A stretch of DNA of 63,914 bases, filler included, from Acidimicrobiia bacterium (lineage in GTDB: Bacteria; Actinomycetota; Acidimicrobiia; Spongiisociales; JAENVV01): NCBI GenBank assembly GCA_041577335.1. It is 3 parts of 3 records of this genome, joined end to end, with 100 filler letters (N's around TTAATTAATTAA, not from the genome) between each part and the next. Parts side by side here need not be neighbours in the genome. Positions count along the whole stretch, not along the records: positions 21,397 to 42,641 come from JBFGJH010000060.1; positions 42,742 to 63,914 come from JBFGJH010000061.1; 1 more part is not named here. One strand, 5' to 3'. Of the stretch, positions 38,746 to 48,490 are shown piece by piece. The translations under genes and the position numbers were made by a program. The stretch's first letter is position 1; every line of letters starts with the position of its first letter. Under the pieces are notes generated by a model, which ran no database searches, was not told the origin of the DNA, and saw only the letters and a program-made list of their open reading frames with translations.

Positions 38746-39681
38746 ATGCGCCGCCTATTGAGCACCATCGCCGTACTATCGATCGTCTTTGCTGCGTGCG
38801 GGGACACCGGCACAACCACAACGACGGTGCAAGCCGACGAACCGCAAGCAACCAGCGCTCCTGCTACCACTGCTGCGCCCGTTACGACGCAGGCCCCTGC
38901 GACAACGCAAGCCCCGGCGACCACGCAAGCTCAGGCCTCTGGGGACGGCGCCGGCCTCTTGGCGGCGGCTGCCCAGCAATCGTCCGAGGCACTGTCGGGA
39001 CGCTTTGAGGCAACGACCGAGATCTTGTCGGCTGAATTCGGTGAGGAACCCGTCACGATGACCATCTCGGGTGCGTTTTCGGGCGACGACCTCTACACCA
39101 TGACCATGGACATGAGCGAGGTCATGGCTGCCAGCGACGACATCCCTGAGGGATTCGGCGATCTCAGCGAAATCGTCTTCATCGTCAGCGGCGAGGATGC
39201 CTACATGAGTTTCGCGCTCTTCTCCATTTTGGGCGTCACCACCGAGTGGGTGAAGATGCCGATCGATCAGACCGATGAGACGGTGGGTTTCGGCGCATCG
39301 GGCCCAACCAGTCCCACGTCGATCCTCGAGGACTTCTCCGCAGCCGGCGCGACGGTCACTGAGGTCGGCACCGAGACTATTCGCGGAGTCGAGACGACCC
39401 ACTACCTGGTGGAATTCGATGCGGCTGCACTCGAAACACTCGAGGACACGACGTCAAGAGCGTTTGCCGACTCCGGAGCCGAGGACCTTCCCGTCGACAT
39501 CTGGATCGGCGATGACGGCTATCTGTACCAATTCGAGCTGTCGGTGGAAGACGAAAACGGGTCAACCCACATGGTTTACAACATCTTCGACTATGGGGCA
39601 GACATCGAGGTGACCATCCCCGCCCCCGACGATGTCACCGACTTCGCAGACCTCGGGATCCCGTCGCTCCCGGCGGGCTAA
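38746..39681 (+). CDS. LppX/LprAFG-like lipoprotein
   Basis: FAAC lipobox, APATT linker, GTETIRGVETTHY, DIWIGDDG, DYG...IPAP. Confidence 0.7.
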   Translation: MRRLLSTIAVLSIVFAACGDTGTTTTTVQADEPQATSAPATTAAPVTTQAPATTQAPATTQAQASGDGAGLLAAAAQQSSEALSGRFEATTEILSAEFGEEPVTMTISGAFSGDDLYTMTMDMSEVMAASDDIPEGFGDLSEIVFIVSGEDAYMSFALFSILGVTTEWVKMPIDQTDETVGFGASGPTSPTSILEDFSAAGATVTEVGTETIRGVETTHYLVEFDAAALETLEDTTSRAFADSGAEDLPVDIWIGDDGYLYQFELSVEDENGSTHMVYNIFDYGADIEVTIPAPDDVTDFADLGIPSLPAG

Positions 39682-39715
39682 CCGACGTGGAGTGCCGACC
39701 CGACAGAGCGGCGGC

Positions 39716-40498
39716 ATGAAATCCAGGGAACGCCGCGGGCGGCGAGTCATCCCCTTCCCGCGCTCTCGGCGAGTGATTGTCGATGTCGGCAGGGTCTCGG
39801 CCCGCCGACCGACCGTGCGGGGCATCATCGAAGCCGATATCACCTTGGTCGAGGACGCGCTTTCCAAGCGGGGCTACTCGCTCACCGCCTATGTGATCGC
39901 CACTCTGGGCAGAGCGATCGCTGCCGATCCGGAGATACAGGCGATTCGAGATTGGCGCGGGCGGCTCGTGGTATTCGAAAGCGTCGACGTGGCGGTGTCA
40001 ATCGAGGTGACGCTGGAGGGACGTTCCTTTCCTCTCACCCACGTCATTCGGGGCGCCGAACAGGCCTCGGTTGAAGCGATCACAGCCCAACTCGAGGCGG
40101 TGAAGGCCAAACCCGAATCAGGCCCAACGCTCCAGCACCAGAATGCCGCACGAGCCTATTTGTCCCTTCCGGGATTTGTTCGTCGAGGGGCACTCCGGCT
40201 CCTGTATCGGATGCCCGACAGGCACAAGACGATTTTGGGTACCGCCGGGGTTTCGTCGGTCGGCATGTTCGGAGCGGGCGGTGGTTGGGGTTTCGCGTTC
40301 CCGGTCCATCCGGTGGACCTCCTCGTTGGAGGGATATCGGAACGCCTCGATATCGTCGACGGTGCGCCCATCACACGACGCCTGTTGGCACTCACCTTCT
40401 CGTTCGATCATGACGTCGTCGATGGAGCCCCGGCGGCTCGTTTCGTGAGCGATTTCCGGCAGACGATCGAATCGGGAGCGGCTTTGGGGGCCCACTAA
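39716..40498 (+). CDS. Stand-alone 2-oxoacid dehydrogenase E2-type acyltransferase catalytic domain
   Basis: FDHDVVDGAPAARF (HxxxDG); no lipoyl domain. Confidence 0.82.
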   Translation: MKSRERRGRRVIPFPRSRRVIVDVGRVSARRPTVRGIIEADITLVEDALSKRGYSLTAYVIATLGRAIAADPEIQAIRDWRGRLVVFESVDVAVSIEVTLEGRSFPLTHVIRGAEQASVEAITAQLEAVKAKPESGPTLQHQNAARAYLSLPGFVRRGALRLLYRMPDRHKTILGTAGVSSVGMFGAGGGWGFAFPVHPVDLLVGGISERLDIVDGAPITRRLLALTFSFDHDVVDGAPAARFVSDFRQTIESGAALGAH

Positions 40499-40522
40499 TG
40501 TCAGCCGGAGAGAGGAGCTCAG

Positions 40523-40858
40523 ATGGGCGAAAAAGGTGCGAGGCTCACCGGAACTGCTGTCGAGGTAGGTGACACGCTGGTCGGGGAGCTGGCTCCCCTC
40601 GGCGACGTACGAGCCAAGAAGATGTTCGGGGGAGTCGGTGTCTTCGCCGACGATGTCATGTTTGTCATCATCGACAGCACCGGGAAGGTGTTTCTGAGGA
40701 CCGATGAAGACACGAGTGGGCGCTATGAGGCAGCGGGTGGGGAGAAACACGGTCGGATGCCGTACTACTCAGTTCCCGAGGACATCCTCGGCGACGAGGC
40801 TGCACTCGCGGAGTGGGCGAGCGAGGCGCTGCGGGTGGCTGCGGCCGCCAAGAAGTAG
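40523..40858 (+). CDS. TfoX N-terminal domain protein
   Basis: KKMFGGVG, MPYYSVP. Confidence 0.85.
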   Translation: MGEKGARLTGTAVEVGDTLVGELAPLGDVRAKKMFGGVGVFADDVMFVIIDSTGKVFLRTDEDTSGRYEAAGGEKHGRMPYYSVPEDILGDEAALAEWASEALRVAAAAKK

Positions 40859-40915
40859 CCGCGACCGCGTTGTCCGGTGAGGAGGCCATGGGCTATCGCC
40901 GCTACCGCCGATGCC

Positions 40916-41098
40916 TCACCGTTCGAGGCGCTGGAGGTGGGTGATGAGCCTGCTCGGATCGTCGAGGAAATGTCCAACCAACCCGCCGACGGCGCCGATG
41001 ACGAGCATCCAGAGGACTGCTTCGCCTCCCAGGACTTGCCATACCACGGCGGCGACAACCCCGAGGATGATTCCCAGGACGGGGCGCGAGAGATTCAT
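40916..41098 (-). CDS. 60-aa two-TM small membrane protein (DUF2273-like)
   Basis: RBS GAAAGG; MNLSRPVLGIILG...IGAVGGLVGHFLD. Confidence 0.55.
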   Translation of the reverse strand: MNLSRPVLGIILGVVAAVVWQVLGGEAVLWMLVIGAVGGLVGHFLDDPSRLITHLQRLER

Positions 41099-41300
41099 TC
41101 GATCGTTTCCTTTCTGGTCACGGGTGTCGGCGTTCGCCGGAAGGTCATAGTCAGGTAGACGGTCGCACTGGTGACCAGAGTGCTGCCGGCTTCGGTCTTG
41201 TCGATCACGACCGAGGGCACAGTCTCCTGGCCGGTACCAGTTGGGCGATGAGTAAGACAATGGCGATGATTCCGGCGGCGAGGCCCAAAAGGGATCAACG
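41095..41300 (-). pseudogene. Possible frameshifted remnant of an AmaP-like membrane anchor gene
   Basis: LLGLAAGIIAIVLLIAQLVPARR in one frame, VVIDKTEAGSTLVTSA in another whose stop overlaps the next ATG. Confidence 0.3.
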
Positions 41301-41455
41301 ACGGCGGATCCTGATGGCGCTCCCTGCAGAATCCGGTCCTGTCATGGGCGGACGTAGGATTGCCGTATGCTCGTTCCAATTCGCTCACACCCGGCCGGCG
41401 CGGATACGTCATGCGGCTCGGCGTAGCGGCAGCACTCTTTGGACGGTCGTGACCC

Positions 41456-42535
41456 GTGGAGCCCCTCAAGAATCACGTCGCCCGCCCCGTGGTCGAGATG
41501 CTGGGCGAACACTTCGAGCGCGAGGCTCCGGACTTCGTGGCCGAGCAATTTGTCAGGCGGGTGATGGACGAGCTGCCGGCTCTCGAGTTGAAGGACCGGA
41601 TCAACCTCATCGCCGTCGAGCTGCGCAGGCACCTCGACGACGATTACGTTCCCGCGCTCGGCCATGTGGTGGCAGTGGCGACGTCGGGTGTCGAGGGTTT
41701 TGCGGCATGGCCACTGTGTTCCTTCGTCGAATTGTTCGGAGTCGACCACCCCAATGAGTCGCTTGCCGCGATGGAGCATCTCACCCAGCGGATGAGCTGT
41801 GAGTTCGCCATCCGGCCCTTCCTCGATCACCACCTCAACCAGACGATTGCTCAGCTGGAGGCCTGGACGGATCATCCCGACGCCGCGGTGCGCCGACTGG
41901 TTTCTGAAGGTACCCGCCCACGTCTTCCATGGGGTCCGCGAGTGGAGGCTTTGACGAAGAACCCCGATATAGGCCTGGCACTCATCGAGCGCCTACGTTT
42001 CGACGTGTCCGACGATGTTCGACGCTCAGTCGCCAACCATCTCAACGACATTGCCAAAGAGTACCCAGAACGTGTCGTCGAGGTGGCGCGACGGTGGAAG
42101 GCTGAGGGGGTGTCGAGCTCGTTGATCTCCCACGCGCTTCGCACATTGGTGAAGAAGGGCGATCGGGGTGCCCTCGCCGTGCTTGGTTTCACCACCGAGG
42201 CGGCGGTCGCCGTCGACCGGTTCGATGTCGTTCCATCTGAGATTCGGCTCGGATCGACGATCGAGCTGATTGCTGAGCTGCGATCGACCGGCCCCGATGC
42301 GCAACGCCTCGTCGTTGACTTTGTCGTCCATCATCCATCGGGGTCAGGCAAGGTCTCGACCAAGGTGTTCAAATGGGCGACCATCGGCCTGGAATCGGGA
42401 GAGACAGCGGAGCTGAAGAAGCAACGGAAGATCGCCAACATGTCGACCCGCACGTATCAACTCGGCTTCCACGAGATCGAGCTGCAGGTCGCTGGGCTCA
42501 CGGTCGGGCGAAGTGGGTTCGATCTGATCGGCTGA
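41456..42535 (+). CDS. DNA alkylation repair protein (AlkC-like HEAT repeat)
   Basis: SCEFAIRPFL, RRLVSEGTRPRLPW, VRRSVANHLNDIAK. Confidence 0.88.
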   Translation: MEPLKNHVARPVVEMLGEHFEREAPDFVAEQFVRRVMDELPALELKDRINLIAVELRRHLDDDYVPALGHVVAVATSGVEGFAAWPLCSFVELFGVDHPNESLAAMEHLTQRMSCEFAIRPFLDHHLNQTIAQLEAWTDHPDAAVRRLVSEGTRPRLPWGPRVEALTKNPDIGLALIERLRFDVSDDVRRSVANHLNDIAKEYPERVVEVARRWKAEGVSSSLISHALRTLVKKGDRGALAVLGFTTEAAVAVDRFDVVPSEIRLGSTIELIAELRSTGPDAQRLVVDFVVHHPSGSGKVSTKVFKWATIGLESGETAELKKQRKIANMSTRTYQLGFHEIELQVAGLTVGRSGFDLIG

Positions 42536-42641
42536 CGCGTCGCATCGATTGCGAGGCGGTTGCTACGAGTCAGTGACGCCATTCAGGTCGAGATGACCTT
42601 GCGGAATCGATGCCCAACATGGCGACGATGGCGGGCCCGGC

Positions 42642-42741
42642 NNNNNNNNNNNNNNNNNNNNNNNNNNNNNNNNNNNNNNNNNNNNTTAATTAATTAANNN
42701 NNNNNNNNNNNNNNNNNNNNNNNNNNNNNNNNNNNNNNNNN
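42642..42741. other. Artificial contig-joining linker
   Basis: 44 N + TTAATTAATTAA + 44 N. Confidence 0.98.
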
Positions 42742-42861
42742 AACTGGGCGATACGAAGCCGAGACACGGCGTCTCCAAACGCCTGGCTGATACCCCTAGC
42801 CACAATCATCGGAGCGGCGGTAACGGCAGTCGCCATCGTCCTCATCACCGCCCTGCTTTGA
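42742..42861 (+). CDS. 3' end of a membrane-anchored protein cut by the contig start
   Basis: NWAIR...AWLIPLATIIGAAVTAVAIVLITALL-stop. Confidence 0.45.
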   Translation, partial: NWAIRSRDTASPNAWLIPLATIIGAAVTAVAIVLITALL

Positions 42862-43129
42862 CCAACCCCGCCCGCACCGATCAGCACTTGCTAATCCATC
42901 GAGCATATCGCTGAGTCCCTTCAACCATGGCAATCAGGCAGTCGTCGACGAATTGCGATCCCTTTTGCCATCGTGCCCTACTGCTCTCAGCGGGCTCTGC
43001 TGGGGCCGGACGGTCTTGGGTGACTGATCGCAATCTCCGCACCGGCATCTCTTGCATGCCGGCGCGCGCCTACCGGGCCGGGACCGCTAACGTCGACCGT
43101 ATCTTCTGATTGCGGAGGGGGCAATCCCT

Positions 43130-44380
43130 TTGAACCATTTCGATGTGGTCGTCGTCGGCGGCGGACAGGCCGGTCTGGGTATCGGCTACTACCTGCGAGC
43201 AGCCGACATGAAGTTCGTCATCTTCGAACGCGGCCGGGTCGGTCAGACCTGGCGCAGTCAGCGCTGGGATTCGTTCGCCGTCAACACCCCGAACTGGGCG
43301 AATGGGTTACCCGGCGACCCGTACGATCGTGACGAACCCGACGGTTTCTATCGCCGCGACGAACTCATCGACTACTTCGAGCACTATGCAGCCAAGTTCG
43401 AGCTTCCGGTGGCTGAGGGAGTCACTGTGACCGGCGTCGATGCCAACGGCGGCGGTTTTCGTGTCACCTACGAAGATGCGGCCGGTGCGGTCGACGCCGT
43501 AACGGCCGCCAACATCGTCGTTGCGTCCGGGATGATGCAGGCGCCCAAGATTCCGAAGATTCGCGAACAGTTCCCCGAGTCGCTTCTCCAGCTCCACGCC
43601 TCCGACTATCGCTCACCGGAGAACCTACCGCCGGGAGCGGTTGTTGTCATCGGCGCAGGGCAGTCGGGATGTCAGATATCCGTGGATCTGATCCACGCCG
43701 GGCGAGACGTTTACCTGTGCACCAGCAAGGTGGGACGTCTCCGCCGGAGGTATCGACAACGTGACGTCGTGGAATGGGGGGAAGACATGGGGTTCTGGGA
43801 CGTTCCGGTTGAAGGGCTTCCGGATCCTGTGATGCAGTTCGCCGCACAGCCCCAGGTGTCCGGAGTGGGGCGGCTGGGGAGCACCCTCAGCCTGCAGTCG
43901 ATTGCCCGCGACGGAGTACATCTCATGGGCCGTCTCAGCGCTGTGGAAGATGGGGTGCTGAAGACGGACGGCTCTCTGGCAGAGAACATCGCTTTCGCCG
44001 ACGAGCGCTCAGCGGAGTTCACCAGAATGATCGAGGATTGGATCTTTTCCCACGGGATCAGTGCTGAGCCGATCGAGGATGATCTCAACGATGAGCCAGC
44101 CGGGCCGGAAGTGGCCGGGTCGGGCATCACGGAACTGAACCTTTCCGAGGGCGGTGTCGGATCGGTCATCTGGTGCACCGGGTTCAGGGCCGACTTCGAC
44201 TGGATCCATGAACAGGTAACCGACGAGAACGGACGGCCCCAACACAAGAGAGGGGTCTCCCCGGTTCCCGGGATCTACTTCCTCGGGTTTCCGTGGCTGC
44301 ATTCGCGCAAGTCGGGGATTATCCACGGCATCGACGAGGACGCCCGATTCGTTGCTGAAGCCATCAATGCTCGGACCTAG
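43130..44380 (+). CDS. Flavin-containing monooxygenase family oxidoreductase
   Basis: GGGQAG, WRSQRWDS, LHASDY, GAGQSG, WCTGF. Confidence 0.88.
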   Translation: MNHFDVVVVGGGQAGLGIGYYLRAADMKFVIFERGRVGQTWRSQRWDSFAVNTPNWANGLPGDPYDRDEPDGFYRRDELIDYFEHYAAKFELPVAEGVTVTGVDANGGGFRVTYEDAAGAVDAVTAANIVVASGMMQAPKIPKIREQFPESLLQLHASDYRSPENLPPGAVVVIGAGQSGCQISVDLIHAGRDVYLCTSKVGRLRRRYRQRDVVEWGEDMGFWDVPVEGLPDPVMQFAAQPQVSGVGRLGSTLSLQSIARDGVHLMGRLSAVEDGVLKTDGSLAENIAFADERSAEFTRMIEDWIFSHGISAEPIEDDLNDEPAGPEVAGSGITELNLSEGGVGSVIWCTGFRADFDWIHEQVTDENGRPQHKRGVSPVPGIYFLGFPWLHSRKSGIIHGIDEDARFVAEAINART

Positions 44381-44829
44381 CAGCCACCGATGGCGGCTTG
44401 AGCCTTCGCAACCGCAGGTAGAACGGGCGAGAACGGTCGGTGTAGTTGCGCAGCGCTTGAGGGCGAATCCATGCGGACCGAGTGTCACGGATTCTCGCGG
44501 TACCCGAAAGGTTGGTCCGCTCGCTGATGACACTCCCATCTTCAGCTGAGAGCTCGTCGATCCGAACCAGCAGACTGGTCGGCATCGGCGGCAGATCGGT
44601 GGCATCGAAGGTAATGCTGAAACAGCGATGCCGTCAAGGTGTAGGCGAAAACCGGTGATCTCCGGGTCGGTCCTCAAGCGCTGGTCGACTACTCAACGTG
44701 ACGCCACCTGATGCTTGACCTGTCATAGACGGTGAGCGTCCCGAGCCGAGGCACGACCTAGTGCCCGATCACATCAACATCGTTTTCGCCCGATCTCAGC
44801 GGGTCGGCTTCGCGGGAGTTCCGACCGGC

Positions 44830-45085
44830 TGGGAGCCGGGTCTTGCCCGACCCTCCCACCCCGGTGAGCGTCACCAACCGGTGGTCGGCCAACAACTTCC
44901 CGACCTCAACCGACTCCTCTTGACGGCCAATGAAACTGGTCAACGGGGCAGGCAGATTGATCGGGGGATCGTGGGTATCAGATCGAGATCGAGATCCTGG
45001 AGGAGGATCTGTTCCTCCAAGAAGCGCAGCTTCGGCGACGGCTCGATGCCCAGCTCCGCACCCAACAGCGCGACCTTTTCGCAAG
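44830..45085 (-). pseudogene. Frameshifted, truncated BTAD/NB-ARC (AfsR/SARP-type) regulator remnant
   Basis: LGAELGIEPSPKLRFLEEQILLQD, then a frameshift to NLPAPLTSFIGRQ...LVTLTGVGGSGKTRL, then similarity ends. Confidence 0.75.
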
Positions 45086-45383
45086 CCTCGGACCATCGAA
45101 CAGGAATTCGCCTCTTCCGTCGCCTGAGGTCTCGCTGGATTTCGGCCGGCGGTTGCCCAGGCCGGTCCCGACATGCTTTGCCTATGTGAACGAATTCAGG
45201 ATCTCAACCGGCGGCGCTGGGACCCTGGTCCAGCACCGGAGCAGCAGCTCTGCCGCATCGGAAGGGCGGGCGCTCGATTGCCGCCGGTGTGCAACAAACC
45301 CCGTGATCCGTCCGGAGGCTCTCGAAGTTTGCTTGCCGACTTCTATGTGTTGCTCGAGGGGGCTGATCGTCGCCGCTCGTGAG

Positions 45384-45668
45384 TCAGCCGGACTGCCGGT
45401 CGTATCCCTTTTTCGCGGAGCCGGCGTGCGACGACAGGTCGGCGAGGACGGCGAATCCAACGAAGATCCAGCCGATCACGCTCACATTCTGGCCGTCGTA
45501 CACCAGCGCATAGGCCAGTGTGGTCCACGGGAGGAAGACGAAGCCGAGCGCCGGGAGCAGAAACCCGTCGTACGCCCGATCGACGAACTCGGTGAAGATC
45601 CACGTGAACAGCAGCGCAACCCTCGGCCCGATCATCGCCAGAAGTACGATCAAACAACCCACGGTCAC
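45384..45668 (-). CDS. Small membrane protein
   Basis: GPRVALL...LGFVFLPWTTLAY; three hydrophobic segments. Confidence 0.7.
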   Translation of the reverse strand: MTVGCLIVLLAMIGPRVALLFTWIFTEFVDRAYDGFLLPALGFVFLPWTTLAYALVYDGQNVSVIGWIFVGFAVLADLSSHAGSAKKGYDRQSG

Positions 45669-46003
45669 GCCTCCTCAACTGTCGAGCCGACGGCCCGATC
45701 CTGCGACAGTACTCTCTTCGCTCCTCCCGGAACGGCCCACTCACCTTCGCGCCCGCCAGTACCACCTAGATGATCGAGCGTCTTGCGCTGGGTGACTGAA
45801 GACAGGGCCGTCGAGACGCCGAAACGAAGCCCCCGGCTTGGAGGCCGGCAGCCACTCGGAGATGGTCTCGGGCGCGCCGGTCGCCTGCACGTGCTTGAGT
45901 CATCGACAGAGCGCCCGGGAACTCTCTATGGTCCTCGGGGCCCGAGCCGATTGGAGCCACATAGTATGCGCCCCCAACATGGTCTCTTCGAGGGCGTTCA
46001 ACT

Positions 46004-46921
46004 GTGAATATCAATCGGAACCAACTCATCGGGGGCGGAGTGCTGGCGGCAATGGTCCTGGTCATCGCGCTCGTCGTGACTGGCGGCGGCGGGGACGACG
46101 AGGCCTCTGACCAGACCCCGCCGACGACATCCCCGGCGCCCACGGAGACCGCAGCGACGTCCGTGCCCGACGACCCCGTCACCGATCCCGGAGATTTTGC
46201 ATCTCAGTTGCAACAGGACCTCACCGAGCTGGGATATTACGACGGCGAGATCACCGGCCAGTTCGACGAGGCCACCGAGCAGGCCCTGCGAGCGTTTCAG
46301 GAGTTCGCAGGTATCGAGGCGGACGGTGTGTACGGCCCTGAGACGGCCGCCGCGCTCGATGTCGCCCTGGGCCGACCCGGAGCCAGCTCCGGGCTCCAGA
46401 CGGCGCTGGCGGGTCTGTGCTACTACTCGGGTCCGATCGACGGCGATTATGGGCCCGCCACGACCGACGCCGTCTTGCAGTTCCAACTCGACTCCGGTCT
46501 GCCTGCTGACGGGTTCTACGGGCCTGAAACCGCGGCGGCCCTGGTAGTTGCGTGGCCGTCTCGGCCAGAGGAGTGTCCTGTCGAGCCAGAGGAGGACGTG
46601 CCGGAGGATGTGAAGCCTGAGGATGAGGCTCTCAGCGCCATCACGGCTTCCGTCAACGGGACCGGCGTCACCTTCAACAACGATGTGAGTTGTGTGCTCG
46701 GCCCGGACGATTCCGGTTCGATCGAAGGGACCGCCGACGATGGCACGACGCTGCTCATAACCATCGACGGCACTGCGTCGAGCGTTGTGATCGATGGCCC
46801 TTTGGGTTCGTTCGACGCCCCGTTCACCTCGATCTCCAACGATGAGACGGTGATGACGATCACCGCCGAGCCGCCGCCGATCGAGATACTCGTTGGACTG
46901 GCTGCGTGCACCGAGAGTTGA
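46004..46921 (+). CDS. Membrane-anchored peptidoglycan-binding domain protein
   Basis: Two PG_binding_1 repeats (LQ..L..LGYY.G...FQ...DG.YGPET). Confidence 0.85.
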   Translation: MNINRNQLIGGGVLAAMVLVIALVVTGGGGDDEASDQTPPTTSPAPTETAATSVPDDPVTDPGDFASQLQQDLTELGYYDGEITGQFDEATEQALRAFQEFAGIEADGVYGPETAAALDVALGRPGASSGLQTALAGLCYYSGPIDGDYGPATTDAVLQFQLDSGLPADGFYGPETAAALVVAWPSRPEECPVEPEEDVPEDVKPEDEALSAITASVNGTGVTFNNDVSCVLGPDDSGSIEGTADDGTTLLITIDGTASSVVIDGPLGSFDAPFTSISNDETVMTITAEPPPIEILVGLAACTES

Positions 46922-46987
46922 CGTGGAGACAGACCGACGCCGACCGACGTCAATCAGATCAAGGCGCCTGAGTAGCGCCTGGGAGCC

Positions 46988-48490
46988 CTAGGGAGCGGCG
47001 TTGACGAGGAGCGCTGTGATTGCCACGACCGCGACGAGCACGGCGGCCTCGATACCCACTACGCGTCGGAAACGATCAGCGGCCACCGCGTCTGGTGGGT
47101 GCGAGTCGAGTGCCGGTACGACCTTGAAGTGGTTGTAGCTGCCCAGCAAAGTGGCAGCGACGACCAGCCCAACCTTGACGAGGAGGAGCCGACCCCACGC
47201 GCCGGAAAGCAGATCCGCGGGCGACTCGATGATGGTCCACGCGAGCGCTACCCCGGCGGCCGACCCTGCGATGAGCGCTGCCGCGGCGGCTCGTGAGAAT
47301 CGGATGGCCATCTGCGCTGCCTCGAGCGGCGCCTTGCGCCGCCGGCGCCCATTCAAGGTGGCCGCCATCACCACGAGACCGCCGAGCCACACGCCTCCCG
47401 CGAGAACGTGCAAGAAGGACGCGCTTTTCCCGATCACAGAGTGCCCGAACGAAGCGGTGTGTCCATCGAACATGAACGACGCCGCCACCGCAAGCACCCC
47501 AGCCACTGCTACCCACTCCTGGCCCAGATCCAGGCGAAAACGCTCCGTCGGGGGAGCCGTGGTGCCAGCAACGTTTCCCGGCCCGTCGGGGGGTGTGGTC
47601 ACCGGGAGACTGCGCTGGGCGGCAGGTTGGCTGATCGCGTGCATCGTCGCGAACCGGGGATCCTGGAGGAGGGCGATTCCGCCTGCCAGGCGCAGCAGAA
47701 CTGCCACGCCGAACGAGCCCGCCAATAGGTCGACGAGGTTCGCCTGTGTCAACGCGTCGACCGGGGAGCCTGCTCGAGCGCTCAACACGCCCAGCATCTC
47801 GACAATCGTTCCGACAAGGACCAGGATGCCGCCGCGGCGGACCCAACGCACCGCCTCCCTGACTTCGTCTTCTGACCCGACCAGGGCGGTGCCGGCGAAG
47901 ACCAAAGCCCCGATGGCAACGAGCGCACCTGCCATCAGCGCCCAGCGGCCAATCCTGGCAATCCATTCTCCGGTCGAGCTGTCAGACACCGGGATGGCGA
48001 CTGGCCCGGACTTCAGCGCTGCGGCGGGGAGGTCCTCCGACAGGATGGGTAGGGGCGTGGTCGTTGCCGTCTCAGAAAGCTTGGTTTCCCCAACCGCAAC
48101 CGAGATCGAAATGGTTCCGTTGTCGCGATGCGTATCCGCCGACTCAACCTCCCACAGGAGTCGGTACCGTCCTTCCACGAGCGATTCGGCGGGTTCAACG
48201 ATGACGGTTTCATCAGTCGGCTGGAACACTGTGATCTGGACCGCCCCGCCTTCGGCGAGCAGTCGTATGCCCCCGGTGACCGGCACGACGGCTTCGGTGA
48301 ACATGAGTTCGAATCGGTCGAGTGGCTCGGCCAGCGTTGCCCCATCTGCGGGCGTCGAAGATTCCAGTGCTGCGTGAGCGAGGGCGGGTCCGGCGAGCGT
48401 CACGATCAGGCCGGCCGCCACCAGAAGGGAGGCGGCGGTGTTGCGGAATCCGGGACGGGCTACGAGTGCGCTCAGTTCTCGAGGCCGCAC
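46988..48490 (-). CDS. CopC-CopD fusion copper uptake/resistance protein
   Basis: AHAALESSTPADG, SADTH, DGH, HVLAGGVWLGGL, WGRLLLVK. Confidence 0.88.
   Translation of the reverse strand: MRPRELSALVARPGFRNTAASLLVAAGLIVTLAGPALAHAALESSTPADGATLAEPLDRFELMFTEAVVPVTGGIRLLAEGGAVQITVFQPTDETVIVEPAESLVEGRYRLLWEVESADTHRDNGTISISVAVGETKLSETATTTPLPILSEDLPAAALKSGPVAIPVSDSSTGEWIARIGRWALMAGALVAIGALVFAGTALVGSEDEVREAVRWVRRGGILVLVGTIVEMLGVLSARAGSPVDALTQANLVDLLAGSFGVAVLLRLAGGIALLQDPRFATMHAISQPAAQRSLPVTTPPDGPGNVAGTTAPPTERFRLDLGQEWVAVAGVLAVAASFMFDGHTASFGHSVIGKSASFLHVLAGGVWLGGLVVMAATLNGRRRRKAPLEAAQMAIRFSRAAAAALIAGSAAGVALAWTIIESPADLLSGAWGRLLLVKVGLVVAATLLGSYNHFKVVPALDSHPPDAVAADRFRRVVGIEAAVLVAVVAITALLVNAAP

Noticed and set aside
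44364..44700. Short minus-strand coding-like fragments
   Set aside because: No identifiable family or start signal; cannot support a call
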